DNA of 64,000 nt from NCBI RefSeq assembly GCF_006345805.1, contig NC_043002.1, positions 64,480,001 through 64,544,000 of the forward strand, written 5' to 3'. The notes under the pieces were generated by a model. It did no database searches and was not told the origin of the DNA. It worked only from the letters and a program-made list of their open reading frames with translations. Both the position numbers and the translations under genes were made by a program. The DNA comes from Octopus sinensis (taxonomy: Eukaryota). This document shows, one piece after another, positions 1 to 13,400 of the stretch (positions within the stretch are counted from its first letter, which is position 1; every line of letters begins with the position of its first letter).

Positions 1-1265
1 GTAGTTCTGGATTATATGCATAAGGGAGGCAAGTAGTTCAGGAATTAGAAATGTGAGTGATGAAGAAAGTGTATAGAGTTTAGTGGTTTAAATTGAAGAG
101 TTAGTGGTGTTCTGTATTGAGTTGTGTGTTCACATTTAGTTGGGGGAGAAATTTGCTGATGAAAAATGACTTTTGTTGCATTGTGGTGTTCTGTGAGCAT
201 TGGTAAAAGGGATATATTTGGAAATTGGGATTAAGATTCCTGGCACATCTTTCTATGTGTTCACTCACCCTTAACTGTCTGTATTGTGGGTGGCGGATTT
301 GCTCTTTGTGAATGGTGATTCTTTGACGGAGTGAAATTCCTGTTTGTCCGATATATAGTTTACCGCATCCTATGCATGTCATGACATACATTACATTTGC
401 CGAGGTGCAGGTGAAATTTGATTTGATCTTAAATATTTCTCCTTGTTTGAATTGGAATTCTGAACCCTCCAGAAGGTGGGGGCATGTTCCACAGTTGGAA
501 CGTCCACATTTTGTCACTTTTGGCTCAGTAGTTAGTGGCTAAAGTCCAGCGCTGGTTAGTATTCTTTTCAGTGACTTCGGTTGTTTTTTTGCTTTTTATA
601 ATGTTATATGAGCTTAAAATTTCGTTCATTGTTTTGTCTGCTGTGAGGATGGGGAGGTTTTGGGTGATGATGTTGAATGCTTCGTTATTGCTGGGGTTAT
701 GTGTGGAGATGTACGGGAGTATTTTTAAGTCTTGTTTAGTATTACGGCTAGTTTTCCTTAATCTTTGTATATCTATTCCCTTAGCTCTTTTGACGCCTTC
801 ATTTACTAATGAGATTGGGTAGTGTCTTTTAGTTAGTGTAGATCTAAGTTCAAGGAGTCTATGTTCACGAGTGTATGTATCGTAAACTATGGTGCAGATT
901 CGTTTTGTTAGGTTAAAGGGTATGTTGATTTTTATGTGTTTGGGGTGGCAGGAGTTAAATAATAGGTATTGTTTAGAGTATGTGGGTTTATAAAAGATGT
1001 CTGTTTCTATATGGTTGTTAACTATTCTAATTAAGATGTCTAGAAAAGGTAGTTGCTTACTGTTGTGTTCCATAGTGAATTGTATATTGCTGCGTATGTT
1101 GTTGAGCATTCTTTTAAAATGAAGGAATTGATCCATGCTATCTTGACAAAGTATGAAGCAATCATCTAAATATCTCTTCCAGTTCTCCTTTAAGTAGTAA
1201 TTGAAAGAGGCGCCATATTTTTCTAGTGATGATTGGTATAACTTAAGTTCGTGGTAACCCTGCAA
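1..1265 (-). mobile_element. Penelope-like retroelement (RT C-terminus/thumb plus GIY-YIG endonuclease), 5'-truncated and frameshifted
   Basis: ORF 525-1265 has WKRYLDDCFI, LPFLDILI, DIFYKPT and YLLFNSCHPKH. ORF 101-517 has a Cys-rich CGRSNCGTC linker and the GIY-YIG-type VMYVMTC..C...YIGQTG..LRQRI..H. Confidence 0.92.
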
Positions 1266-1289
1266 TAACTGGAGCAGCTCTCAGGAACT

Positions 1290-1795
1290 ATTATACCTGA
1301 CACCGTTTACTAACCGGCGTTGTTCAATGTTGGAATCCGTGGAAATCTTCTACACTGGATTAAGTATTTCCTAGCGAATAGAACACAACATGTTGTAGTC
1401 GATGGAGTCCACTCAAACCCAGCAAAAGTCACCAGCGGGGTCAACCAGGGGACTGCCTTGGGCCCGCTCCTCTTTATAATTTACATAAACGACCTTTCCA
1501 GTGTTGTACATCAATGCAAAGTAAAAATATTTGGTGATGATACTAAGCTCCAGCAAATAATCAATGAAGAAGCAGACCGAGCTCAATTCCAGTCTGATCT
1601 ATATGTTGCGAGTCAATGGGCAGATAAAAACAAAATACAACTGAACGAGGGAAAATTTGATCTGATGCATTTTGGAAGAAAGTCCACACTAAAACAGCCA
1701 TTAACTCTTTCTCCAGGGGAACCGCTCACAGCCTCTAACAATATCAGAGACCTGGGCGTAATTGTTGATGACAATCTCAGTTGGAGTGCCCACAT

Positions 1796-1800
<5 letters not shown>
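1290..1800 (+). mobile_element. CR1/L2-group LINE reverse transcriptase fragment
   Basis: ORF 1320-: GVNQGTALGPLLFIIYIND, IFGDDTKL, RDLGVIVDDNLSWSAHI. It ends abruptly in (TA)n at 1800. Confidence 0.88.
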
Positions 1801-1858
<58 letters not shown>

Positions 1859-2635
1859 AGAGAGATAGATAGATCGATAGATATAATGTATTGTTCTGCG
1901 ATGGTTGTTCAACAAAAAAGTACTATATCTGGTGAGAAATAAATATTGTTTATAGACACAATCTATGTTTTTACGTGGTACTAATATTCTCTTGTGCTGA
2001 GAACAGCATCTGCTTATTTAGAGGAAACAGTTTTATATATTTATAAGAAAAATTAAAGAGTAGTATTTTGATATTTTTATTCTATGATTTACAGTAGTTT
2101 CAGCAATAACATGGTGACTAATCTTGCATTATGTTTATAAAGATGTCTATCTTTAATGGTTTAAAACATATATATGTAGTTTAGTTACGATGAAAATGTT
2201 TCCTTCGATGCTATTGAGATAAACTGCATTATATATATATGATTAGATCAGTAATAATAAGCATGTGTATAAACATGTCGCAAAAGACATTAGTCACTTT
2301 AGAAAAATTGAAAAAAATATCTACACAATGTAAAATCTAAAAAATAAATATTGCAAACTTCCATAATTCCTATTTCAGTCAAAAGGCTAAAAACTAATAC
2401 GAGCATTGCCTGCTTTTTGATAAGAAAAGTTCCAGAAGTGGGGTATCAACCAAGTTATATTTATATGTCTAACCCACGCAGAAGTGAAGTCCAATTTCAA
2501 TGCACAGATTATCTTATCCATACTTACCTAAAGTACGGTCATATATATATATATATATATATAAGTATGTATGTGTGTATGAATAATATTTGTTATAGAT
2601 ATGAACATGCGTATATACATGCATTTATGTATCCA

Positions 2636-2679
<44 letters not shown>

Positions 2680-2689
2680 ATGTTACAAA

Positions 2690-2920
2690 AGTAAACAACG
2701 TGAAATACGAACACAAGGTTGGGTACGCAAACAACGAGAGAAACAAATGGAAAACAAGACAAGTAACATAAAGAGCGAACCTTAATCAGTTGCCGGCTGG
2801 CCACCACGTCGATCATTGAACGACAATATGAGATTTCGAAGACAGTTGTTCCTACAAAAGCCAAAATAAAATTTGGGACTTCGTGGAGGGTCAAACTTGG
2901 TAACAAAAAACCAGGACAGT
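2690..2920 (-). repeat. Interspersed repeat related to 7575-7815; probable Penelope pseudo-LTR remnant
   Basis: Shares ccttNatcagttg, aaatttgggaNtt and ggtaacaa..acaggacagtg blocks with 7575-7815. Both copies lie upstream, in minus-strand sense, of a Penelope RT remnant. Confidence 0.5.
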
Positions 2921-3368
2921 GGAGACATACAAGAAAACCGAATGAAAGCAAACATAGAGGGTCGTTAGACCAGACGACGTAAAGTAGAGAACGCTGGAGA
3001 AATATTGTCTTTCACAAGAGAAAAGATAGAAGAGGAGTAAGATAAATATTACGTGTCGTCTGTACGACGGCACTGTAGGAAAAACTTTATCGCGTGAGGG
3101 AAAGAAAAATGGACGGTGGTAACGTGTGAACAACTAGAGAGATATAGTAGGGAAGAAAGGGGGAGAGAGATACTGAGAGAAAGAGGGTAGGTGAGAAAAA
3201 AATTGAGAAAGGATGAGAGAAAAAACGAAACAGGGAGTGAAAACAGTAAGCGGTACAATCGCATCAAAAATATATTAAGATAAACTTACTTGAAAATGGA
3301 TGCGTGGTGTTCAATCAAACAATAATATAAATATTAGATCAGTACTAACAAACATGCATATATGTACT

Positions 3369-3421
<53 letters not shown>

Positions 3422-3616
3422 ATGAGTGTGTGTGTGTCTGTGTGTGTGTATGTGTGTGGGTGTGTGAGTGTGTGTCTTTGTGTGTGTATATATATATAAT
3501 ATTAGGGAGAATAATAATTAATTAATGAAGTAATAATTAATATATCATATATTGATCATTCATTTTTATACCTTTTGAGATCTAGTTATAAGTTATATGT
3601 TTTATAAAAATATAAG

Positions 3617-3965
3617 ATCTTTTCACTGTGGTCAGCAGATTTAAAAAATAATTTCTTTGTAACTAAACACTTTTAAACTTCGTATACTGGTAGAATTTCT
3701 TGTATTTCGGCAATTTTAACCAATCAATGATGTATATTGAAGTGAATACAATTACTGCTGTTGTTTGGCAACAAGTTCATTGATTTGTTTGAATTGCTGA
3801 AATACAAGAAATTTAACAACAAATAGCTTACAAACTACATAATTTTCTAAAGAACGCCAAGAGAAAAATATGTTTTATGCGACACATTCTACCAGTATAC
3901 GAAGTTTAAAAGTGTTTAGTTACAAAGAAATTATTTTTAAAATCTGCCGGTCAAAGTGAAAAGAT
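3617..3965. mobile_element. Fold-back MITE-like element
   Basis: 3617-3696 is the near-exact reverse complement of 3886-3965, and 3696-3730 pairs with 3777-3811. Confidence 0.8.
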
Positions 3966-4969
3966 AAAAAATATATATTGTTGGTTATTTATGTATTGGT
4001 CTATGTCTGTCAATGTTTGAGTTGCATAATAGTGCTTTTATCTCTAATTTATATGATATATATATATATATATATATATGCATATATGAGTACAAGACGT
4101 CACAAAACTTAAAAAACATGAAAAACAAAAAAAAAGTTGGTACTCAAACCACGCGTGAAACAAAACCTTTCACTTTCCTTTCTGTCCATTTTTGTTTGTA
4201 TATACACTATTAATAACACAGTGCTTAAATAAAATTTTATCTGAGTTTAGAGTCAACTGCGTTTAATATGCTACAAATTAATTTCAGCAGAAATCTATGA
4301 CATGGTATATTATTAGTTTTGGAATTCTTTGCATATATTTTCTTGTATTGATTGGTTGCATCGTTGTTGCATAGGTGAAATGTACCATATATTTTAACAA
4401 CCATTTTCGTAAGGATGTTCTATAGTCTTTATATCTTTGATCAGCATTGTTTCTTTCCGCGTTAAACAGGCGGTTCTTATCTAAGGCATCTCACTTTTCG
4501 AGAGTGTATGACTGCACATTTTATCTTTGAAAATATCTATCTTCATTTCGCACAAGTTTGTGCGTACATTAAGACGTAATTGATTTTCTATATATATGTT
4601 TGTTTTAGTTATTCAAAATAATTTGATGCTGCTTCAATAACATACGCATAAATAAGTCAGGTAAAATGTCCACAGTATTGGTGAGTATTTCGTCGGAGGT
4701 GGCAGATTTATTCTAAGCATGTATTTCAAAGTATGTGTTTCGACAGCGTTCAGAGAGTTTAGTCAGTCAAATATGTCGGAGATGGCACATTTCATCTAAG
4801 CATGTGGCTACACTTTAAGATTCATTGACGTGCACCAAGAATACTCAAACGCATGTATTGCTCCGTATGTTTACTACAGAGATTATGCTCGTCGTGTTCG
4901 ACACATTTTCACATATATTTTGATTTGAGTCTACCTATTTTTAACCTTTTATATTTTGTACTTTACTTG

Positions 4970-6000
4970 TATGACTCACCTAACTGCAGCCATGCTGGAT
5001 CACTGCCTTTTGGGGTTTTAGTCGGACAAATCGACTCCAGAACGTACTGCTTTTAAGCCTAGTACTTCTACTATTGTTCTGTCTTGCAGAACTGCTATGT
5101 TACGGAGACCAAAACGTACTATCACCTGTTGTCAAACGGTAATGGAGGACAAACACAGACAGAGAGTGACAGACACATTGATACATACATACATCCATGA
5201 ATTACGTATATATAAATAGTCAAGTGAAATAACCCATTCATTTTCCTAAATTATTTGGTAAAAATGAAATTGAATATGCCTATTTCTTAGTATTTGAACT
5301 GTTAGAATTATTTTCGTAATTTATCCAGTACAACCCTTAAACAAATAAATAGTATTTTCCGAAGCAATACATTCAGATATTTATGTTAGTGACTTATACA
5401 CTAATATACCAAAACTAGCACCACTGAGGGTAATATTCTCTTGGAACGCGCAAACGCCCTTTTCAGATTTATTTATTTTGAATTGTTATAATCTCACATC
5501 TGGTTAGCCTGTTATTACGTAACTTACTTCGCGATTTTAATATACATACCTTATTCGTATTTCCTCCTATGTTCTGTATACTATGGGAACGCATTAGAGC
5601 CTTTTCGGGGCTACTTTATTTGAATTCTTAATATCGGGTAACTAACTTCATGTTATTACATAACTGTCTTCACAATTTCGGTATTCATAACTTATTGGGA
5701 ATTCCTAGAAAGAAGATCCTGTGTAAGACATTTCAGTATTCTCTATAAATGCACAAAAACCGTTTTAAGGGTTACATACTTTGTATTGATGTTAGAGAAT
5801 TAGCAAAGCAATTATGAGAACGGAATCATATAAATATGTATGTATGAATGTATGTATGTATGCATGTATGTATACACACACACTACAGACTTCTGTCAGT
5901 GTCTGTCTGCCAATTCCACTCGCAAAACTTTGGTCGGCCCGAGGCTATAGTAGAATACTCTTTCGCTAGGTACTACGCATTAGGAAGGAAACCTGAACAA
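4970..6000 (-). mobile_element. tRNA-derived SINE family A (CORE/OR2-like): tail at 4970-5165, core at 5885-6000
   Basis: Diverged matches to the intact copy at 43523-43933. The two pieces are in the expected order and may be one interrupted copy. Confidence 0.6.
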
Positions 6001-6419
6001 AGTGAGGTCGAAGTAAAGGATTTTCTCTCACTCAAAACGGTAGCAACACGCCTGTCATCATTATGTACACCTTCAGTAAGACACACAGGCGACTATTCAT
6101 ATTTAGTAGTGTTTTGATTGCATACACCCTGTTTATTATATACATTAAATATTTTTCCATTTAACATTACACAGATTAGCTGTGGAGATATTTCACTGTA
6201 ACATTGAAAAACCTATGACTGACGGTATTTAATGAAGAACAATGACATACATAAACTTTCTTGAATTGACATTACTTTTTAGGTGGAATTTTCACATAAT
6301 AAACAACCAATGTGTATTCTCTATATAAAATATTAAATATCATCTAAAACTACATTGCTTGTTATATATTTATCAACTATGCTCTCTATACCTGATATTC
6401 GGACCTTCTAAAACGGTAC

Positions 6420-7325
6420 AAATTCATCTGACTAGGCAGTATGGGAGGTTGAGTTTTGTATGTGGTGGATGGCACGACTTAAAATTCAGCTATTGATGTG
6501 TTCCGTTTGTTTGTAGTATTTATCTGTGGTGATGTTGGTGTAGTTTTTAATTACCATATTATCTAGGAATTATATTTTTTTACTACTTATCGCCTTTGTA
6601 AATTGAAGACGTGTGTAAGTTGTTGAGGAGGATATTGATCATTCCAGTGTATTTAGAGATTCTGTCCAGATTATGGAATAATCGTCAAGGTATCTCTCCC
6701 ATACCTTTTCAATATACTTTTTAAATTCAGTACTATAGTTTTCCTCTACTTGATGGTATTGTTGTTCTAAATATCTCATAACAGAGTTCGCGCAAACCCC
6801 GTCCCCATCGCCGTGCCTCGAATTTGGATGTATTTTGTTCTATTGAAAAAGAACGTGTTGTTTTCTAGAATAAGTCAGACTGTGTCTAATATAAATGGCA
6901 CTGTCAATCTGCCGGGGATCACTTCTCTATGTTTTTCTACAAAGGATTCATTCCTAAACCATGTGGGATATTGGTGTACAGGCTTACCGTTTCATAACGA
7001 TGTAGAAGCGAATTTTTTTCAGTCGTTTTGGGACGATGGGACAGTATGAAACTGGATATGTATGTACATAGTGGTTTCAAAACAAAGTCAGTAGAATTGC
7101 TTAGACGGTGGGTAGGGCATGCAGGACCAGTTATAATAGGTCTAAGTTTTAAGTCATTTGGCTACAATAGCTTTATGTACTCACATTTTTGATCTTTTCC
7201 GGCATACTGAATATCCCTTGATTTATGTATTTTCGGTAAGCCGTAGAAGTTGCTTGGTTTTGGCTAAATATTGTTGATGTAGTCTCTTTCATTATCGGTG
7301 AGTTGTGGTGTTTTGAAACAAGGGT
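6420..7325 (-). mobile_element. Degenerate Penelope-like RT
   Basis: Manual minus-strand translation gives PSNFYGLPKIHKS, LRPIITGPACPTHRLS, SLYTNIPHGLG and LNFKSCHPPHTKLNLPY, with many stops and frameshifts. Confidence 0.85.
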
Positions 7326-7326
7326 C

Positions 7327-7404
<78 letters not shown>

Positions 7405-7574
7405 ACTTATTGGAAAAGGATGTGTGGCGTTCGATCATATAATAATATAAATAATATATAAATATATGCATATATACATACATATATGTACATACTACAT
7501 ATATATGTATATATATATATATATATATACATGCATATATGGGTACATGACGTTAAAAAAATGTTAAACTCAAT

Positions 7575-7815
7575 GAGAAACGAAAACATAGAAAACAAAA
7601 CATTTTTCGAACAACGGAAAAAACAAACAGAGAAACGGGACATAAAGAATATCCCCCTTCATCAGTTGTCCCCTGTTTCATCTACTCCGCGTAAGAAAGC
7701 CAGGACAGTACGCGACTTGTTTAAACCGTCCTTCCCACAAAGCAAATTAAATCAAATTTGGGATTTTTTTGGCGAAGGGTTAAAGTGGTAACAAGAACAG
7801 GACAGTGAGAATAAG
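7575..7815 (-). repeat. Probable Penelope pseudo-LTR remnant containing CTGATGA
   Basis: Related to 2690-2920, with CTGATGA at 7665-7659 on the minus strand. It is separated from the RT remnant only by microsatellites. Confidence 0.5.
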
Positions 7816-7924
7816 ACAGTAGATAGTAGCACATAAAAACAAATACTGTATTATATGTATTAAATAATATTTATCTCTCACCAGATGAAGTACTTCTGTT
7901 GAAATTACCATCATTGAACTGTGC

Positions 7925-7959
<35 letters not shown>

Positions 7960-8019
7960 ATATATATATATATATATAATATATATATATTATATATATA
8001 TATATGTATGTATGTATAC

Positions 8020-8066
<47 letters not shown>

Positions 8067-9299
8067 ATTATATATATATATTATATATATATATATGTAT
8101 ATACATATATATGTATGTATGTCAGTGTTACCAGTAGCCGGTGTAACGACTATTAATTAGTACATTCAACCTAATTTCGATGTGTTGTTTATAACGCCGT
8201 AGACTGCGGAAATGACACAAGAAATCATCGACATGTTCTAAAAGCACAGCTTATATCGGTTGACGAATTCTCGACAGCAGCGGCGGATGGTGCTCTTGTA
8301 TCACGTGATGTCACCGTAAATTGGGGATCATCAGCAATAGGGGGCTAAACACTGCTGTGTAATCATTAATCAGTCTGCTTATACGCAAATATAATGTGGA
8401 GGCCAGAGTATAAGCAAAAATATGTACCAATAACAATAAACTGCAAAAATGTAAAAGCAGTTCTAAAACATTAAATCTACATACTCTGTGCAACATGCCT
8501 AATAAGAGATACTTGTCACCTTGACAAATAAGTAATTATATACCTAAATCAAAAGAAAATGTGCTTCATATTGATGCATTATTATGCAGTATACGATAGA
8601 AAAACGTCGATGCAATGCATTTGCATTATTCAAAATAATTATTTTATGCTAACAATCATTTATAGTCTATATTCAAAATTATATTGATTGTTTCGGAAGT
8701 GCATCGTACTTATCAAAGCGCTGTTTTCACAAATTACCTAAATTTGCTTGTTTGTTATTATATGACTTCTGCTTCTAGTAGGCAACACACGCATATTAAA
8801 CACCATTCAATTACGCATGGAATATTTTTTGCCGCTGAATAAATGGGTATTTAATATGTTTTACACTCTTTTTCTCCACGTCTACAATAAATTAGCAATC
8901 AAATGGAATTTGGACAGAAAAATCCGCCCCAATCAGAATTAAATATGAATTATATTAAATATACAATGATATTTTAAAACATAAACATGATTATGCTATG
9001 AAGCTAAACATATAACACACACACGCGCGCGCAGACACATAAATATATGTATGTATGTATATACATTTTAAAAATATGCTTACATGATTATTACACTTGT
9101 CTCACTATGTTTGACGCCATGTTTAATGGTATAAATACGTTTAGAAACCAACGATCCATATTGTCTGGGGATAAATATTTTCATCTTTTAAATTAATATT
9201 GTTCTATATAAATGACCTCATTAGGTCATATGTGTTTGTGTGTGTGTTTGTATGTGTGTGTGTGTGTGTATGCACATATATATATATAATTTCATTTGC

Positions 9300-9535
9300 G
9301 AACCAATGGAAAACGAACGTCCACCAGCTATTCGGCCTATATGTCTGCGCACACCTTTCAAGGCAATCTATGCCAGGAGGCCCGAAAATCTAACGGAGGC
9401 CTCAAATCACATTTTAATATCTACAAATATCAGAAACTAACTGCAGCTCTTGATGGTCCAAATCGGATACGCAATCTGTGTGGGTGTCTTTTCAAAACAT
9501 TGTCTGGTTTAAAAAGCCACTCCAGATGACATGAT
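9300..9535 (+). mobile_element. Probable RTE-like LINE 3' end encoding C2H2-like motifs
   Basis: LCQEARKSNGGLKSHFNI and LCGCLFKTLSGLKSHSR*. Confidence 0.5.
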
Positions 9536-9544
9536 AGTTCTAAA

Positions 9545-10155
9545 GCTTCTCAGGTCCACAGTAGGTGCAATTGTGGTGGTTAAATGAACCATTTAATTTG
9601 AATGTGGCCTCATCACTCCACACAATCTTTGTTGGAAAGTGTGCATCTTCTACACATCTTGCCAACTACCAATCTCGATTATCATCATTAATAGCATGGA
9701 CTAATCTTGGGACCTATCTTTTCCATTGACAACGCTTCAAAAGGCGTTGGACAGACGATTTTGAAATACCTACCTCACGACTCGCTTGCCACACATATTT
9801 TTGGGGACTTTGGTGATACGTTTCCAGCAATCGTTCATGCTTCGTGGAGGTTGTCGATGTTCGTGGTATTCTGGGATGCTTCTCGTCGACATTCTAAGCA
9901 GTTCCAACGTCTTCAAATTTATCTCTAATTCGAGTGATGGGGAATCGCATTGATGGATCTGTTTGAAGCTTCCTCCGAAACAGACTTGCACTTCAACTGC
10001 GTTTTCACACTTCAGGTAGCAGTTTAGAATGAATTTCCTTTTTTCAAAGCTTAGTCTGAGAACCATCTTTCATTCCAATGGGTTTCATCTGGAAAGTAGA
10101 ACATCAATTGATTTATCAGCCGCTAAAGTAAGTATACATTCTTTTGGATACACGG
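9545..10155 (-). mobile_element. Tc1/mariner-superfamily transposase, 5' half (DUF4817-type HTH plus first catalytic D)
   Basis: MVLRLSFEKRKFILNCYLKCENAVEVQ and [23 protein letters not shown]. It ends at a TA (10156-10157) and is truncated on the 3' side. Confidence 0.8.
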
Positions 10156-10156
10156 T

Positions 10157-10193
<37 letters not shown>

Positions 10194-10499
10194 AAGATAG
10201 ATATATAGATAGATAGATAGATATATACATGCATACATACATACATACATACTTACATACATAGATTGTGTTTTTACACGTAACGAACAACTGCGTATTT
10301 AACGTCATAGTTATAATGCATATATACATGTGCTTGTGTGTATCTGTGACCTTGTGTGCATGCATATGCACATCTGCATTTTTATATGAATGTATGGATG
10401 GATGCATGTATGTGTACAATTGTTTCAATCAACGGTTTACGTGCGACAAATCTACGGTTTCGAATGAGTAACTATATCTTTTGGTACTATGAATCATAT

Positions 10500-10600
10500 A
10501 TTATTTTCTACTCTAGGCAGAAGGCCTGAATTTTGGGGGGTTTAGATCGACCCCAGTATGCAACTGGTAATTAATTCGGTTCAAACTTGGCAGAAGTATG
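10500..10600 (-). mobile_element. SINE family B (Nin/Deu-domain-like), 3' fragment
   Basis: ctactctaggcagaaggcctgaa and tagatcgaccccagtatgcaactggta match 37845-38055. Confidence 0.65.
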
Positions 10601-11979
10601 AATCAAGTATTTCCAGTCTTATTTAATTTCTCAATGTCCATGCGGTTTGCGCTTTATTTGTTAGTGTATAAAATATGATATTCATATTTTTGCTGCAAAT
10701 GTAAACTAACTTTATCGCTGTACCGATTTCAACATCTTCTGTATTTATGGCTTGCAAGGAAGCGCGAATGAATTAAGATAGAAATGGGCTCACAACATTA
10801 TATAATATTGAATGAAAAGTTATGAGCGATTCATTTGATATTGAGATGACAGTTGTGGGTGAATTAGGTGCTTAAGCATTCAAATCCATAAGCTAGTAAA
10901 GCCTTATTGCTGCAAGGTTCGGCTTATGTTGCCCATTGGAGACTTGCTTATTGAAAGATATATTAGAAATCCTTTTACTGATATTATGAAAACGGATATA
11001 AACTTTCCATTTGTATGATACTTTTCTAATATAGTAGGATTTCTCAACGGTATATGTAAGGGGTCTATTTCTGTTACAGTTTAAATCTAGAGCAGAGATG
11101 CAAGATAGATATATTTACATAACTAGCTATACATAGCGACATTATAGAAATGACGATCCAAACCTCTGGATGCTCTAAGTTAAAAATATTTGCCTATGCT
11201 TGCTATATATATGTTTTTTTACAGGTGCCATGTCAAATTTACTACTGCAAATTTCTTTGTAAGCCCGTCTAACATATATAATCCTACATGATTCCATTGT
11301 TCTGCACCATCATAGGATCTTTTTGGGTCTTCCACCTGAAGAACCTATGAAATAGGAATTTGGTTTTCTTTCCTACTCCACTGTATGTCAGAAAATTATT
11401 TTCCGCAATACATCTTAAGGTTATTCGCTACTGTAACATCGCGGCACTTTATTATAATCCTAAGCAAATTCTAGAATGTTGTATTGTACGGATTTACATA
11501 TCGAGGGTTAAAAGCCAAAGGTGTGCCAATGAACACATACAGTGATATGCCTGTTATTGATTTTCTTCCAGTAGACAATTATAGTGTTTTACGATTCCAA
11601 TGAAATAAGTAGCTTTCTGATATTATCTTCTATGTTATTTGGAAATTTTTCGCTGAATCTAACGATAGCTTGAAAGTGTTATTAATTGGCATTTAGCTAA
11701 TCAATCTAATATATCGTTGTTTTAGACGTACTTTACATTACGCTCAGCCTTAAACGGTACCTGCAGACCATGTCCACTGGTTCCGTTTAAGGCTGAGTGG
11801 GGACATTAGCTTCCTTGTTCAAGGTATAAGGACGAAAGTGTGTGCCGTTAGCCACCTGGAAAAGATGTTTTCCTAAGGTTCAAAGCAAAAGGTAGTAACG
11901 TCGTCCTAACCAGGATTGGCAATTTACAATCGCAAATATCTTTTATTCTCTGTATATATATATAATATATATATATATA

Positions 11980-12013
<34 letters not shown>

Positions 12014-12128
12014 GTACATGTAGTAAAAAATTTTGTGTTATTAGTATTACTTTAAGCGATTTCTTGTGTAAGGCCGGAACAATATGACGAGGAAAACAAA
12101 CTTTAAATGAAACAAAGTTGTAGCTTAC

Positions 12129-12167
12129 CTGGTATCGGTATCTCCTTTTTGGGGGCTACGATCTCTT
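12129..12167 (-). CDS. Candidate 39-bp symmetric microexon (phase 1: EIVAPKKEIPIP), host gene unknown
   Basis: Acceptor tttcctgtag, strong donor CAG|GTAAGC, length 3n, non-repetitive sequence. Confidence 0.35.
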
Positions 12168-12299
12168 CTACAGGAAATTTGGGAAGCGTGGGATGGAAAC
12201 GTTGTTGTTGAAATGAGTTACAAATGATCTACTTTCGCATTTGACCTACCCTCATTAATACGCACACACACATTTATATATATACAGATATAGAAGCGC

Positions 12300-12390
<91 letters not shown>

Positions 12391-12404
12391 GTATGTATGT
12401 ATAT

Positions 12405-12625
12405 GTGTATGTGTGTGTTTGTGTGTCTATGTTTGTCCTTCACAATCGCTTGACTTGACAACCAATTGTAGCGTGTCTACGTCCCCGTAACATAGCACGG
12501 TTTGGCAAAAGACACCGATAGGATAAGTATTAGGCTTACAAAGAATAAGAGCTGGGGGCGATTTGTTCGACTAAAGGCGGTGTTCCAGCATGGCCGCAGC
12601 CAAATGACCAAAACAAATACAAGAA
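12405..12625 (+). mobile_element. SINE family A, 3' half
   Basis: gtccccgtaac..gcaaaagacaccgatag..ggcttacaaagaataag..ggcggtgttccagcatggccgcag. Confidence 0.85.
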
Positions 12626-13107
12626 TAAAAGAATATATACATACACAAGCACATCTATATATACATATATGTGTATGTGTGTGTGTGTGTATGTATATAT
12701 GCATGTATATATGTATGTATATATGCACTTATATAAATACATATATGAGTGTTATGCAACTTTGTGGAATATTCTTAAGTAAGAATTACGTATTCTGTCT
12801 CTCTTTCATATCATGGCCTCTAAATATCACGCCACGACTGCAGCTTCCTCTCAGCTAGAGATAAATACGACGATACACCTTCTCACTAATCTACGACAAA
12901 CATTACATCTTACTTTCCGTATCGACAGAAAATACACTCTTAGATTCAAGCTCACATACAACCACCAAGTACGTACATTCTTTTCAAGATCTATAAATAC
13001 ATTATCATGAGTCGCGTCATATACTCCATTCTCACAGGTCTAATATTTTTACGGTAAGATTCACATAGGCGTTTAAACAAAATAGAAGTGACGTTTATAG
13101 TTTAGAG

Positions 13108-13400
13108 CAGCGGTTCGCAAGGTAGGCAGTACTCATCCTCCCACCGCCTAATGGCGTTGGACAGATTTAAAAGGATCAGTCTTGAAGAAAAGTGGGGCAT
13201 TTTGGGTTGGCCAAAAAGGGTTGATGGATGTGAAAATAAAAAAAAATAAGTTAATTTGGTTAAATTTTATTTGTGAGATACTGATGCTTTGAATTCGCTT
13301 CAGAAAGTGATCCTTGTTGATGGTACTGAGGGTTTAGGCGAGGAATGTGGCCTGGATACCAGGGATACAACAGCTCAAAACATTTTGAATTCACCGTTTT
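13108..13400. mobile_element. Possible hAT (Charlie-like) non-autonomous element
   Basis: Starts cagcggttcgcaaggtaggcagtac after gtttagag. A degenerate right end is followed by tttagaa, a possible 8-bp TSD of NTNTAGAN type. Confidence 0.35.

Noticed and set aside
535-822. 95-aa hydrophobic plus-strand ORF
   Set aside because: It is the antisense shadow of the Penelope ORF.
7594-7670. Functional hammerhead on the minus strand
   Set aside because: Stem I (GACAA/TTGTT) and the core exist, but stem III has a mismatch and stem II does not close convincingly. Kept only as a trace.
11225-11258. 34-bp plus-strand microexon
   Set aside because: The acceptor is good but the donor context is weak, and it is too short to distinguish from chance in AT-rich DNA.
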